Shown here: positions 43,162 to 55,716 of the stretch, in pieces
Numbering within the stretch: position 1 is the first letter of the stretch
How the letters are laid out: each line of letters opens with the position of its first letter
Assembly: GCA_964019335.1 (NCBI GenBank)
Contig: OZ025734.1
Location: 186,001 to 250,000, forward strand
Length of the DNA: 64,000 nucleotides
Reading direction: 5' to 3'
Source of the DNA: Diplonema japonicum
Lineage: Eukaryota > Protista > Euglenozoa: Diplonemea
Program-made: the position numbers and the translations under genes
The notes under the pieces: generated by a model
What the model saw: only the letters and a program-made list of their open reading frames with translations
Told to the model about the DNA's origin: nothing
Database searches by the model: none

Positions 43162-46100
43162 TTAATATTGCGTTTCCGGTCTTGGGTCCTCATATCCAGC
43201 ATCCCCCCAATCAACAGTGTAAGGCTGCCATTCCTCATTTGGTTTTTCTGGAGGAGGCCTCGGCGGCGAATGGGACGGGTACAGCGTGTCAATTGGGTTC
43301 GTAGGAGGGGCGTCGTTGTACCCAGTTTCGTCAGATTCATGATACGAGGAGGAAGGGGGGTATTGAGAGTAACGGTCCTTGGGGTAGTCCCCTCCAGGGG
43401 CAACCGAGGTCATTTCTTTGCTGTCTGATTCTTGATATGTTTCTTTCGGGGCGGTCTGGTTCTCCTCATCGCTCTTGTCACCCCGGCAGCACAGGCAGCA
43501 CAAAGCCAGAAGCAAACACAGCAAGCAGAGCCCGCCGAGTAAAACAGCAAATCCGTGCCACCACCATTTAAATCCACTGTCATCATCACTGCTTACCGGA
43601 CGGGTGGTGACGTCGCATTCACCACATAATTTCAAATTTGTTTCTGCAGCATTGACATCACCCAAAGGAGAGCCTGCAGTGCCCAGGGAAGCATCAAGAG
43701 CTTGCCGCGCCTCTTGGAGGAGCTGGTTTTTTTTTTTTTTTTTTTTTTTTTTTTGCCCAAAGCTCATACCGCTTCCTGCGACTTCCCATTGTCCGCAGGT
43801 ATTGGGGACATCTTCACATCGAAGTCTACCACTGTTGTGCCTGCCTGTAGAACGTGTCCCTCTCTTGACGTGCCCAGATATTCGTTCCCAAGGCCGCACC
43901 TTTTTTTTTTTTTTTTAATTTCACAGTTTATTTCCCTCGGCCTAAATTCTCAAAGAGCGGGGAACGTAAAGTAGCGTTTTTTTTCCCACGGGCAAATAAA
44001 CTTTTAAGCCAAATTTAACAGGGCGGGGAAATAAACTAACATAATTCTTCCAGCTCTTTTTTTTTATCAAAGATGCCAAAAAGCAAGAAGGTAAAGCGCA
44101 TGGAAGAGATCTATGAGTCAAACACATATAAGAACCCTTCCTATGAAAAAGCGTGGACTGCGATGCTCGAGTCAGAGAACATAGCAGGGAAGCCGCGTGA
44201 GCAAGGTATCGTGAGCTACTCCCAAAGCAGGAGGGAAGCCGGGCTCAAGGCATCGAGCCTCTGGTGTCTTTACTCCAAATTGAACGCAACCTTCAAAGCC
44301 AAGTACAACTGCAAACTACAAGCTTGGCCTCGCTTGACGTCTTTGTTAAAGTCCTGGGACCGTAACGAAGAGCGTCACGTGGCTGCCACTTTATCAAGTG
44401 ACGAGGTTCAAGATTATATTGAACAAAAAAAAGGGACCGCTACCGCCGCTATCGTTGCTTGCATGTTTAGCGGGGGCATGAGAGCTTGCGAAGTGGTGTC
44501 GATGGAAATCAGCGACATTGTTAAGAATCAAGTTGATGGGAGGTTTATCTGCACCATAGCACGTTCAAAGACGGGTGGGCACACAAAATTCCACATGTGT
44601 ACTTGTTGCTACGACCTAAGAAAGAGACCAAGCGTCTGTTCCTTTCGGAGAGAGGAACGCCCATTGGCAAAAACAAGGTATACAAACTGGGGTACGATGT
44701 GGCATCCGTCATCACACACTTTTCGACGTTCTGCGGCCACAGCTGCTGCTGAAAACGGCGCATCTATCTCCATGATGCAATCAGATTTTGGATGGAGAAA
44801 CACAAGCATGCCAGCAATGTACGGGGAACAGAGCACAAGCAGTGTGCAACACATGGCAGGACTTTTTAGTCAAATACAGACCAGCCCAGGACCAGGAAGC
44901 CCAAGCCAGTCACAGGACGTCAACATCAATATCAACATCCGCACACGGCCAGGAGTAGATAGTACCCACTCCACCCCTTTTTTCTTTTCTTTTGCCATTT
45001 TTTATTTTTTTCATTCTACAAACAAGCGTGATAGTCCAGCGTATTCCGGAGTCCACGTCCCGCTCTTTGAGAATTTAGGCCTCGGGAAAATAAACTGTAA
45101 ATAAAACGCCGTATTCCGGGATAAAGTAGGGTTTACCTTTTCCCTCGACAGATTGTCCTGGCCCCTCGGAACCAATTTTTACCGAGCGAAGCGAGGTAAA
45201 AATTATGTCCTCGGGAGCCACAATCTGTCTCGGGGAAATAAACCCTACTTTATTGCCCCCGAATAAATAGTTTTTTTTTTTTTTTTTTTTGTTTGTTGAC
45301 ATACTGCAATTCAAATCTCCTGCTTGCCGTCACCGGGCACTCCATCACCGGGCATGCCTCCCCTGGGCACACCCAGAACACCGTGACACTCGTGACCACT
45401 CTGTTCGAGATGGCCCTCTGCACCGCGCTCCTGAACGTGCTCAGCTTGAAGTTCGCCTTCAACTGGTTCAGCCTCATCCTCAACACCGTGGTTTGACCTT
45501 AATTTTTTTTTTTTTTTTTTTTTTTTAAACTTTCCCTTTACATACCAACTGACCCCGGGAATGCGTCCTTGTAGCTCGGCGACTGCCTCCCAACATCCGT
45601 CCCCCACCACTGCGACAAAGGTGTGTCACCCTTCCCCGCAGGGCTGTCTTGATACTCAGGTGTCCTCTCGTACTGAGCCTGCGGCGCGAGGTCCTATAAA
45701 TAAAAAAAAAAAGTTTTTCCCCCCAACTTCTTTTCAACGTTCCAAACAACACACCTTATACAATGGAGAGTGCTCATACTCAGGCGAAGCACGGTAGGTG
45801 TCGAGAAGTCCCGGTGCCTTAGGCTGCGCAAAGTGTGATATTTCGAGGGCTTTCTCTTAAAAGGGCATACCAGGTTGAAATCGATGACGAAGTTCTGCGT
45901 CGACGACATGGCAGGGACACCGTTGTCTGTGAAAGTGCAGACGACATTTGACGTGAGGGCGGTGGCCTGACTAAGACCCGACTTGGCGACGAAGGACAGG
46001 TTCGCCACATTATTGACGATCTGGACAGACGGGAGCGTCGCGAAGAGGTGCGGGTTGGTCGCAGTACAAGACGACTCGACAGACTGCGTGCCCTCTGACG

Positions 46101-49100
46101 ACGGGCCCGGGTTAACCGTCATGAACTGGGGGAAGCTGTACTGCCTATCAGTGACATCTTGGTACACAGGGACGTTCCTGTTCTGGTCGGGGATCGAGAT
46201 CACCGGCGGGTCGTTCACCTCAGCAACGTCCACAGAGAATGTCATAACACGCGTTGCAGGCGGCACCACATCATCCCTCGCAGTGCACACTACATCTGTC
46301 GCGCCCACAGCGTTCGCTGCGATCTTGAACGTCAGCCTTCCAACCAGCACGCTGCTTGTATCAATGGCCGGTGGTGTCTCGAACATGGCGGGTTTTTCAG
46401 GAACGCATTCCACGATAACCTTCTGCCCGGCATCGACTTCGCTCTGTGGCCCTGCAGCCAAGCCTGTTATGAAGTCCTGTATGGTGACGGTGTCGGCGTC
46501 CTCTTGTATCATGATGACCGTCTGCTTCAGAGTCCCCACAGGCGGGTCATTACTGTCGATGACATTGACTGTAAAGGCAATGTTCGTCGCAGCGGGCGGC
46601 GACCCGTTGTCGATCATGCTGCAGGACACTTTTGTCGACCCGGACCTGTCGCCAGACGGTGTGAAGGCGAGGTTCCCACTGCTCGACACAGTGGGCTGTA
46701 TTGTGAACAGGCTGACATCCTCGGCAGTGCATGTGATGGCCACGGATTGCCCCGACTCGCTGCTGGGTCCAGCTTCGATCTGGTACACAAATGCTGTGGA
46801 CACAAAGGGGCCCCCGTCCTCTGTCACCGTTGCCACATTCGACTTCAGCAGCGCACTCGGCGCGTCGTTCACTTCGTTGATCGTCACAGAGAACTTGAAT
46901 GTCGTCACCAGAGGTGGAACACCGTTGTCCTGTACCCTGCACGTCACTTCCGTTGCTCCCACTGCGTCGGCTGCTGGTGTGAAGGTCAGCTCCCCTATCT
47001 GACTCCCGAAGGAGGCAATGCTGACAGGCGTCACGAACAGTGCAGGCTGCCCCGTTGTGCACGTCGTCACGATCACCTGCGATGCCTCCGACGGAGGCCC
47101 AGGGCTGAGAGGGTTCACAAACCTCGGGAACGCCGCAGCGCCCGAGTCCTCGTCGATGGTCACGCTGTTCATGCTGAGCGTGGCGATAGGCGGGTTGTTG
47201 ACCTCAGTGATCTGCACGGTAAACTGCACGGTGATGGACTGCGGGGGGTTCCCTGTGTCGGTGACAGTGCACGTCACCTCGGACGACCCAACAGCATTGG
47301 GTGCGGGCACCAACGACAGATCGCCCCGCGAGTTGATCGACGGCCTGCCTGCAGACGTGAACAGCGAGGCGTCCATCGGGACACACGAGATGCTCACAGT
47401 CTCCCCGCGTGCAACCTCTGCTGGCGGCCCCGGCGTGATCCCCGTCAGGAAGGAGGGAAGCTCGTACAGGGAGGTGCCCTCAGACACAGTGACAAACGTC
47501 TGCGACACCGTGGCGGTCGGGGGGTCATTCTGTTCCGTGACGGAGATGTCGAAGGTGATCGTGTTGGACTGCGAGGGTGACCCGTTATCAGAGATAACAC
47601 ACGTGGCCTTCGTGACACCACTCTTGTCAGTGGAAGGTGTGAACTCCAGCACTCCGAACTGGTTAGTCGTGGACCATCCTGCAAGGTTCAGCAGCGGACC
47701 TGCGCTGAGCAGCGTGGGGTCGTCCACCATGCACGACGACGACAGAACCTGGCCAAGCTCCGAGGTGGGGCCCGGCGTGACGGAGATGAACTCGTTGATC
47801 ACCACAGCATCGCTGTTCTCTCTGGCAGTGACGGTCATCTGATTCAGCACCACATTGGGAGGGTCGTTCACATCGGTGATGCTGATGGTGAAGTTTACAT
47901 CTGTAGACCTCTGAGGGATGCCGTTATCGGACACCGTGCAGTCCACACGTGTCTGACCCGCTGCGTCAACGCCCGGGGTGAACTCCAGGGTGCCGATCGT
48001 GCTGATCACTGGCGAGACACTGAACAGCGTGGTGTCCGCCGGTGTGCACGTGATAGTAGCGATGGACTGCCCGCTGCTCACTTCCACAGCAGGTCCTGGA
48101 GCCAAGTTAACCAGGTACGATGCCCTCGTGTACGGGCCGCTCTCCTCGTCAATTGTGACAACAGCCTGAGAGACATCTGCAGTGGGTGGTTGGTTCTCCA
48201 TGGCAACGGTGAAAGTCACGATAAGCGTCTCGGGTGGAGACCCGTTGTCCAGAAGTTCGCACGAGACAAGAGACGCACCCTCGCTGTTCACCGTAGAGGG
48301 CGTGAAGGACAGGTCGCCCGTGGCACGGTCCACCTGCGGCTGGCCAGCCGTCGCAAACAAGGACGGGGTGTCTGCCGTGCATGTGATGCTGACTGTTTGG
48401 GTGGACTCCTGCGGCGGCCCCGGTGTGATCCCCGTGATCCAGTCTTGGATAACTGTCGAGGTAGTTCCCACGGCAACAGACGCCCTGCCGCTCGGATGCA
48501 CCACCCCAGTGGGCTTGTCGTTGACCTCAGTCACTGTGACGGTAAAAGGTTTGATGTTAGTGGTCGAGATAGGTGTGCCGTTGTCGGACATGGCACATGA
48601 CACAAGCGACACGCCGCTTTCGTCGGCAGCAGGGGTGAATGTCAATTGCCCCGATATGGGATCAATCTTTGGAGAGCCGTCCAAAGGAGGTGTTGTGGTG
48701 GTGTCCTTGAGCCACAGGTTGGGGTTCCCCGATGCGGTGCACACAATCGTAATCGTCTGCATCGCCTCGGAAGCGGGCCCCGGGGAGATCATTGTGAGGA
48801 AGTTGTCCCCTGCGTAGGGGCCGTTGTCCTCCGGGACTGTGACCCCCATGTCGCACATGTCGCACGTGGCTGTCGGCAGGTCGTTTAAGTCAATGACTTC
48901 GATTGTGAACTCCACATGCGTTGTGGCAGAGGGCAGCCCGTTGTCAATGAGATCGCACGACACCAGCGACTCGCCTGCTTGGTCGGGACCGGCTTCGAAT
49001 GTCAGCCTCGCAGCACTGCCCATGACAGTGACGGTGGGCTGCCCCCCCGTGACGAACATCGCGCTGTTCGTGTGCGAGCATGAATAAGTAAAGGTTTGCC

Positions 49101-52100
49101 CAGCGAGAACCTCAAGGGGCGGCCCTGCCGCAAGCCCTTGCCAGTGCGAGTTAAATATGTGCGCCCCGGTGTCTTCGTCGACCCTCACGCGGTCAGAGGC
49201 CTGCAGCACAAGAGGCGGGTCGTTCACCTCTGTGACTTCAATGATGAATGCGATAGTGGTCTGCTTGGGGGGGATCCCGTTGTCGGTCAACGTACAGTCG
49301 ACGCCTGTCGAACCTGACGTGTCGGCCTGCGGCGTGAAGAGCAAAGCACCCGATGTGTCGATCCTTGGCTGGACGGCGAAGAATGTCGGATCGGAAGTAC
49401 ACACAATCACAAGTGACTGGCTTGACTCAGAAGGAGGCCCGGGTGAAAGAGGCTGCAGGAAGTTCTGTCTGACGACAGGCGGGGTGTCCTCCGTCACCAC
49501 GACGGGGTTCTCAGTGACAGTTGCCACGGGCGGGTCGTTCACCTCATCGATGACGATGTCGAAGGTAAAGGACTGGGTCTTCACAGGCACGCCTGTATCT
49601 GTCATAAGGCAGGACGCGGTTGTTCGTCCGGCAGCGTCGGGTGCTGTAACGAAAATCACGGTCCCTGTGGTGCCCACAGTTTGGATGGACGGGCGCTGCG
49701 TAAACAGCTCAGGCCTGTCGACCACGCAGGAGAAACTGAAACTCTGTGACGCCTGTTCACTAGGGGGACCTGGCGCCAGACCCGTCAAAAAGTTCGATGC
49801 CTCCACACGCCCCACATCTTCCTGCACCGTGATGGTCGGGCTCATCATCACCCCGTTCACCGTGACCTGCGGCGGGTCATTCACCTCAGTGATTTCAATC
49901 TCAAAGGTAGTGCTCCAGCTCAGCGGCGGCATACCATCGTCCACAAACACACATTGCACAATGGTAGACCCTACAGCATCAACTGCAGGGGTGAAGGTCA
50001 GGATACCATTAACACTTATAGTAGGCCCCGTTGCGAATAAATTCGCTTGGCCCGGCGTGCACGTAATGGTAAGAGTTTGTGGGATGAGCTGTTCCGAGAG
50101 GGGTCCGGGGATGAGATTGTCGACGATCTTTGTGTTGTAAGTGCCGCTGTCCTCTGCAACGGTGACACGAGGCATCAGGAGGGTACCCGTCGGGGGGTCG
50201 TTCACCTCACGGATAATGATTTCAAAGGACGCCACCGACGTAGTTTTGAGGGGGGTTCCATCGTCGGAAGCTTGGCAGTTGACAGCGGCGGTGCCCGCGG
50301 CGTCGGGGGCAGGGGTGAAAGTAATCTGCCCCTGCTGCAGTCCAGTCGTGCTACCTGATAAAGATGTCACCACAGGCCCACTGAAGAGTGTGGAGGACCC
50401 GAGCTTGACGGTGCATGTCACATCGACGTTCTGAGTGAGGCGCTCTGATTCGGGCCCTGGGGAGATATTCACGAGCACTGTAGCAGTGTGCACTGGGGAG
50501 TCCTCGTCCACGATAACCTGCAGCCCGGGCGTGATGAGCTCGATGGTCGGCGGGTCGTTTATCTCGTTGACCACGATCGAGAATGTTACAACCGTCGTTA
50601 GCGCGTCCTCGCCGTCTGTCGTCTTGGTGCACGGCACACCACCCACGTCGACACAGTCCTTCGCGGCACATGTTACAAGCGCCTCACCAGCTGCGTCTGG
50701 CTTCAGCCTAAACGTCAGTGTTCCTTTGTTTGCACCCGTAGCTGCCACAGCAGGTAGGGTGTCAAACATCGTAGGCATGTTCACATTGCAGTCCACCTGC
50801 AGCTGCTGCCCACAACCACAACCCGCCCCAGTCCCACAGGTGTTCGCACACAGCGGGTTCGCCATGTTCCAGTTCACAGCTGTGGCATCTGCAACGTTGA
50901 TCGGGATCAGACCGCAGCCAGGGAAAGTGTTCGTCAAAGGGCAGCCTCCGGTACCAGGCATTGGGTCCACTTCCCTCTGCGGCCCTGGGGCAAGGTCCGG
51001 GATGAGTAGCATGCTGTGCCCTGTCACAAGATTGGTGTCCTCGTCAACGACCACTTTCCCTGACGGCGCCACAGCGGGGTTCAGGGTTGCGATGGGGGGA
51101 TCGTTCACCTCGGTGATCCACAAGACGAACTCCTCATATGAAGGCCCGTTCACATTGGCAGGGACCCCAGCACCGTCATCTGACAGCCCGACCACCACCC
51201 ACGTGTGACCAGACATGTGTGTTGCAGATGTGAAGTGCAGGTCGCCACCATCGGGGGGCAGCAGGTTTGCCACAACAGGATTCGAGTGGAACAGTGCTGT
51301 ATCGTACGACTCTGTGGTGATGGTGCCCTTCATGTTCTCGACAGCAGCGCCTGTGGCCCACACCTGAGGGTCTTTCAAGTAGTTTGTGATGATCTGTGGG
51401 TCGGAGTCCTCAGGAACCTGCACCTCCCACCAGGGGTTCTTCACGCCGTCGAACTCGCTCGTGGGATAGTCAGACAGAGTGTAGTTGGGTGCTGTAAACT
51501 CAATGATGAACTCGATGGGGTCCGGCAGACGAATCAGGTCGTCCTGCACCTCCTGTGAGGGACACGCGAACCCAGTCGGGGAGACACCAGGTGCGCCGGT
51601 GCCAATACAAGCAGGAGCAGTGCCGGGGAACGTTGCGGCATCCCTGCAGCCAGATATGTAAGTTCCGAAGTTAGTTGTTGGCGCAGGCGCAGGGCACGCT
51701 GTGCCACCGTCGGGCTGGCCTTCATCAACCTGTGTGCACTGAATTCTGACAGTGCCTCGCTTGTACTTGTGGCTGTTAGATGTTTTGGAGCTAGCCCTGA
51801 ACACCAGCTGGTGGTTGAGTGATCTCCTCAACGGCCATATCGCGTTGGGGCACGCTGTGTGGGTCCCGACGTCGTAGCAGGCGCTCGAGAAGGTGGACGG
51901 GACCACCGCACCATCGAACATAGTTTCGTCACACACACCAGGGCCGTAGAAACTGGCCGGCTTGTTTCCTGGCTCGCACTTCGTCTTGCATTTCACGTTC
52001 CACTGCTGATCCCACATGTACAAAGCGTCGTTGAAGGGCCCTTGCTCGGAGGTGGGCCCTGGCAAAGCACCCACATGGCCCTGCCAGTTAGGTGTGAACG

Positions 52101-54240
52101 TGCCGCTGGTAGCCGGGTCGCCGTACCCTCTTGTAATGCACAGTGTGCCTGTCCATGAACACCCTGCCGGTACCTGTTGGCAAGCTGCGGCTGTTATCCG
52201 CGCCCCGCAGTTAATCAGCGCGTTGCCCGTGACCCACACGTTGTCGATGACGCAGCACTTCGCTCGCCTGGCTGCAGGGCAGTTCTGCATGGCAATGCTC
52301 GCAGTCGACCCTGGCATGTTCGCAGGCGTCGCTTCCAAACCTGTCACAGTAACGACGGAGGCCAGGTCATCATCAATGCAGCAGTCCACCACAGTACATA
52401 CACCTGGATCGGGGTCCGCAGGGTTCGGCCCGGTCCAGATGTCAAGCGTCGGCCCTGTCCAACTTGGGTCCTTCCTGAAGAGCACTCTTGGTAGTCTGTC
52501 AACCAGATCCGGTGCAGCAGCAAGAGCAGCGGGCGTGCTGACGATCTCTGGGTTCAGATCGATGGAAGGCGGGTCGTTCACTTCGGTGATCTCGATGGTG
52601 AACTGGATGAGCATCCTGCGCCTCACACCGCCCTCGTTGACGGTGGTGCCTCCCATATTGTTCGTCTGGCCCCCGCCACGGTTGTTCACCAGGAGACCTG
52701 CTGCAACGGGGTTGATATCTTCCAGGTAGCACATGATATTTGCCCTCCCCACAGCATGCATGGCAGGCTCCCACTGTAGACCTCCGTTGAAGGGGTGCGC
52801 TCCGAGATCAGGGCACCCACATGGCACAGCACCGCCGCACCCAGGACATCCTGCGTTGCCGTTCAGGAAGAGGTGATCCTCATTGGTGACGCAGCGCATG
52901 GCCCACCTTTGCTGCCCGCCTGTCACACCAGGGCCACCTGTCCACTCCGAAACGGCTGTTGACGGTGCCTGGACCTCCGTATTAGAGAGGGCGTTTATGG
53001 CGCCACCAGCCGTGCAGGGGTTGTAGACAGTGATACCGCCATCGATAGGGATGACAGTAGAGGTGGCTGGGCAGTTCATGTTGGTGGTTTGAATGGCCAG
53101 CCAGGGGTGGTTGGGGCGCACAGCCGTGGGGTTTCTGCAAGACTCAGTGTAACCACTGAGACCGCAGTCCTCCTGCCAGATGTGAGGCCCCACAAGCGAG
53201 GGTGCCACGGATGTGAGATCGAAGTAACCCACGGGCACGTCGTTGACCTCCTCGATGACAATGGTGAAGGTGGCCGATCGCACGATGGGCACTTGACCGG
53301 TGCAGAAGGTGGCCAGCGCGGCGGGGCACTTCCGTGCGTTGGCGTCCCTGCAGCACAGCTGGCTGGTGTCGGTGAAGTCGCACTGCACGGAGATGATGCC
53401 CACGGCGTCTTGCTCGATGCAGTAGTTGAGGTTTGCCGTGAAGGCGGTCGCAGGGCCGACGTTGGTGAGGGCAAGGTTTGAAACGCAGTTCCCCCCGATG
53501 GCGGAGCATTGCGAGGCAGCCGCGACAACGTTGCAACCGACTAGGGAGACCTCGTCACCCCGTCCACCATCAGGGACGTTTGGCTGCCGCTCCCAAACAG
53601 GCCCTGCCGTGACGGTGACGGCATTGTTGATGGAGAGGCCGCAGGTTTGCCCCACAGAGCGGGGGACCGCAGAATTGTCCTCAGGGATCACAACACGTGG
53701 TGTGTTGACTGTGATGCCGGGGCCCTGGTTCACCTGCGGGTACACCACGAGCGTCATGTCGAAGGGCACAGCAGAGTTCACGTTCAGGTCGTTGGTGAGA
53801 AAGCACTGCAGCGTCATTGTGTGGGGGGTCGTGATGGCACGGGCTGCCGCGACTGTCTCGAACCTCATGTCAAGGTCGAAGTTAGGTGGGCCCACTCCGT
53901 AGTTGAACTGGATGGCTGCGAGATCTACCATGCCTGTGCCTCCGCAGCTGCACACGTTTCCCCCATTGGCTACAGCGGCGGCTGCGCCGTTGATGTTGCA
54001 TGCTGTGCACGTGCATGCTCCGTTCCCAGCAGCGAAGGTTCCGCCCAGTGTGTCAGTGATCCCGCCTGTGAACACCCTCGTCCCGCCTGTCTCACCCTGC
54101 GCCCCCGCAGCCCCCGCTGGCACGTTTGCCGTAATCTCCAACCCCGGGTTCAAAAAGGTCGGCGTGAACATAGCACCATTGAATTGCGGCACGCCCACCA
54201 CCGCCTCCACAAGCAGGCAGAGAGCGAGCCACAGACGCAT
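43162..54240 (-). CDS. Giant type-I membrane protein (~3156 aa) with ~17 Ig/cadherin-like repeats, 6 exons
   Basis: Signal peptide MRLWLALCLLVEAVVG and ~110-aa repeats ending EVNDPP. Predicted exons 54240-45871, 45823-45755, 45693-45546, 45497-45305, 43899-43770 and 43722-43162 splice in frame via GT-AG introns to a TM helix (FAVLLGGLCLLCLLLALCCLCC) and a Pro/Tyr-rich tail. Confidence 0.85.
43921..45270 (+). mobile_element. Crypton-like tyrosine-recombinase DNA element inside an intron
   Basis: YR ORF flanked by ~45-bp inverted repeats (43923-43967 and 45055-45098), then a palindromic module at 45112-45266. No RT is nearby. It lies within intron 43900-45304. Confidence 0.75.
44073..45104 (+). 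CDS. Tyrosine recombinase (phage integrase superfamily), possibly partly degenerate
   Basis: Catalytic R (GGMRACE), K (RSKT), HxxR (SHTFRRSAAT), W (FGWRN) and Y (PAMY); N-terminal core-binding-like KASSLWCLYSKL. Confidence 0.85.
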   Translation: MPKSKKVKRMEEIYESNTYKNPSYEKAWTAMLESENIAGKPREQGIVSYSQSRREAGLKASSLWCLYSKLNATFKAKYNCKLQAWPRLTSLLKSWDRNEERHVAATLSSDEVQDYIEQKKGTATAAIVACMFSGGMRACEVVSMEISDIVKNQVDGRFICTIARSKTGGHTKFHMCTCCYDLRKRPSVCSFRREERPLAKTRYTNWGTMWHPSSHTFRRSAATAAAENGASISMMQSDFGWRNTSMPAMYGEQSTSSVQHMAGLFSQIQTSPGPGSPSQSQDVNININIRTRPGVDSTHSTPFFFSFAIFYFFHSTNKRDSPAYSGVHVPLFENLGLGKINCK

Positions 54241-54414
54241 GGCCTGTCTTTTTTTTTCTTTTTTTTTCTTCTACTTTTTTTCTCTTCTTCCTTTTCGAAA
54301 AAAGCCTCCCTTTCCCCCCTCCTCCTCCTGTATTTCTGAAGTTTCCCCCCTTTTTCCCCCTTCTTTCGAAATATGTCAAAAAAGATTTCTTTTGTTCACT
54401 CCCCCCCCCCCCAT

Positions 54415-55716
54415 TCACGGAGGTGGAAACCCCCGCATGAAAAATTTGAACAAAATTGACCTCTCCCGTGCTTCCTGTCGGACGAGGTAGCCGCGTTCGT
54501 CGTGCTGAGTCATGACGAGCCCGCTGGCGGCTCTGTCAAGAAGGATGCCTATAGATTGCGAGTGGGCTCTGAGGAGGTTTTGGAACTCCTTCTGCTTCGC
54601 AACGATGAGGTGCGCACGGGTAACGGCTTCGGACGTGAAGAGCTGGCGCGGGGAAGGGACCTTTGAAAGTCGTTCCCGCACCGTGACTTCACCCGCGTGC
54701 CGTTGTATGCAAAGCAAGCTTCTCGCAACAGATTCTTCTTCGAAAATGACGTTTAATTCGAGCGACTGCGAAAGGCGAAGGCATTCCGTTGCCCTCGGTG
54801 ATAATCTTTCCTCGTTCATCATTCTCTTCATCGATGCCATGCAGCTCACAATAGATTCCTGAAAGCTAAGCAGTTCGGACACAACGACCTGCCGTGTAGC
54901 CTCCTCATGCGTTTGTAGTGTAATGAGTAGTTGTCTGCTCCGATCCTGAGTTGCTTCAATGTAATGTTGGTACTGAACTCTCTCTGTCTTCTCCTTGAAC
55001 ATTTTCTCGAACTCTTTTTCGCGAAGCAGATCGATGGCACGACGCGGGTGAGACTCCGTTTTGAAAAAAAGTTCGATTTCGTCCTTTCTTATCTTTTTCA
55101 GTTTCGAGGAGTACAAGTATTCGTACTGAAGGTAAGGTGTCAGAAAGGTAACAGGACTGCTATCCAATGTTTTAACCGGTTTAATCCTAGTGGGGACGGC
55201 GAGATTATCGAGTAGATTCAACATATTTCTACTGTAGGGAACCGTGGGCGCTGGGGGTGGTTTTTTTCGATGAATTCGCTGCTTTGTGCATTCTATGAGG
55301 ACCTCCGTCGCTTCAACAGATTTTTTAATCTTTCGTTGTGCGTCAGACAAGCGGTTTAATACGTGTGGAGGCCATGTGATGGTTCTGTTTTTTATCGTTT
55401 TTAGGTGGTTTGCGGCCTTGTACCTCTCGTAGATGGTGGTTTGCTTTTCCATCCAGCGAGCCGTGATTTTTTTCCGTTTCCCCCGTTCTTCTTCCCTTAC
55501 GGCCTCGAGTTTGTAAGGGTCCGCTCGGGGTTTTTTGTCGGCGTTGAGGTCGGCAGCCTTCCACACCCCGAACTCCTCCTCTAGTAAGGCATCTAAATTT
55601 GTAAACAGGTCAGATTTGCTGGCTAGATATCTGGCTCCGCTGCTGGGACCCCCAGCCGCCCAATTGTTTGGCTTCATGGATTTTCGTGTGTTTTTCCATA
55701 TTGGGATACAATCCAT
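54415..55716 (-). CDS. Hypothetical helical/coiled-coil protein
   Basis: 433-aa ORF on the cluster strand with recurring E(E/Q)..R..l helical motifs; no recognisable family. Confidence 0.65.
   Translation of the reverse strand: MDCIPIWKNTRKSMKPNNWAAGGPSSGARYLASKSDLFTNLDALLEEEFGVWKAADLNADKKPRADPYKLEAVREEERGKRKKITARWMEKQTTIYERYKAANHLKTIKNRTITWPPHVLNRLSDAQRKIKKSVEATEVLIECTKQRIHRKKPPPAPTVPYSRNMLNLLDNLAVPTRIKPVKTLDSSPVTFLTPYLQYEYLYSSKLKKIRKDEIELFFKTESHPRRAIDLLREKEFEKMFKEKTERVQYQHYIEATQDRSRQLLITLQTHEEATRQVVVSELLSFQESIVSCMASMKRMMNEERLSPRATECLRLSQSLELNVIFEEESVARSLLCIQRHAGEVTVRERLSKVPSPRQLFTSEAVTRAHLIVAKQKEFQNLLRAHSQSIGILLDRAASGLVMTQHDERGYLVRQEARERSILFKFFMRGFPPP

Noticed and set aside
45983-54490. 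Long plus-strand ORFs (e.g. 46159-47580, 49157-50140)
   Set aside because: Antisense shadows of the GC-rich repetitive surface-protein exon.
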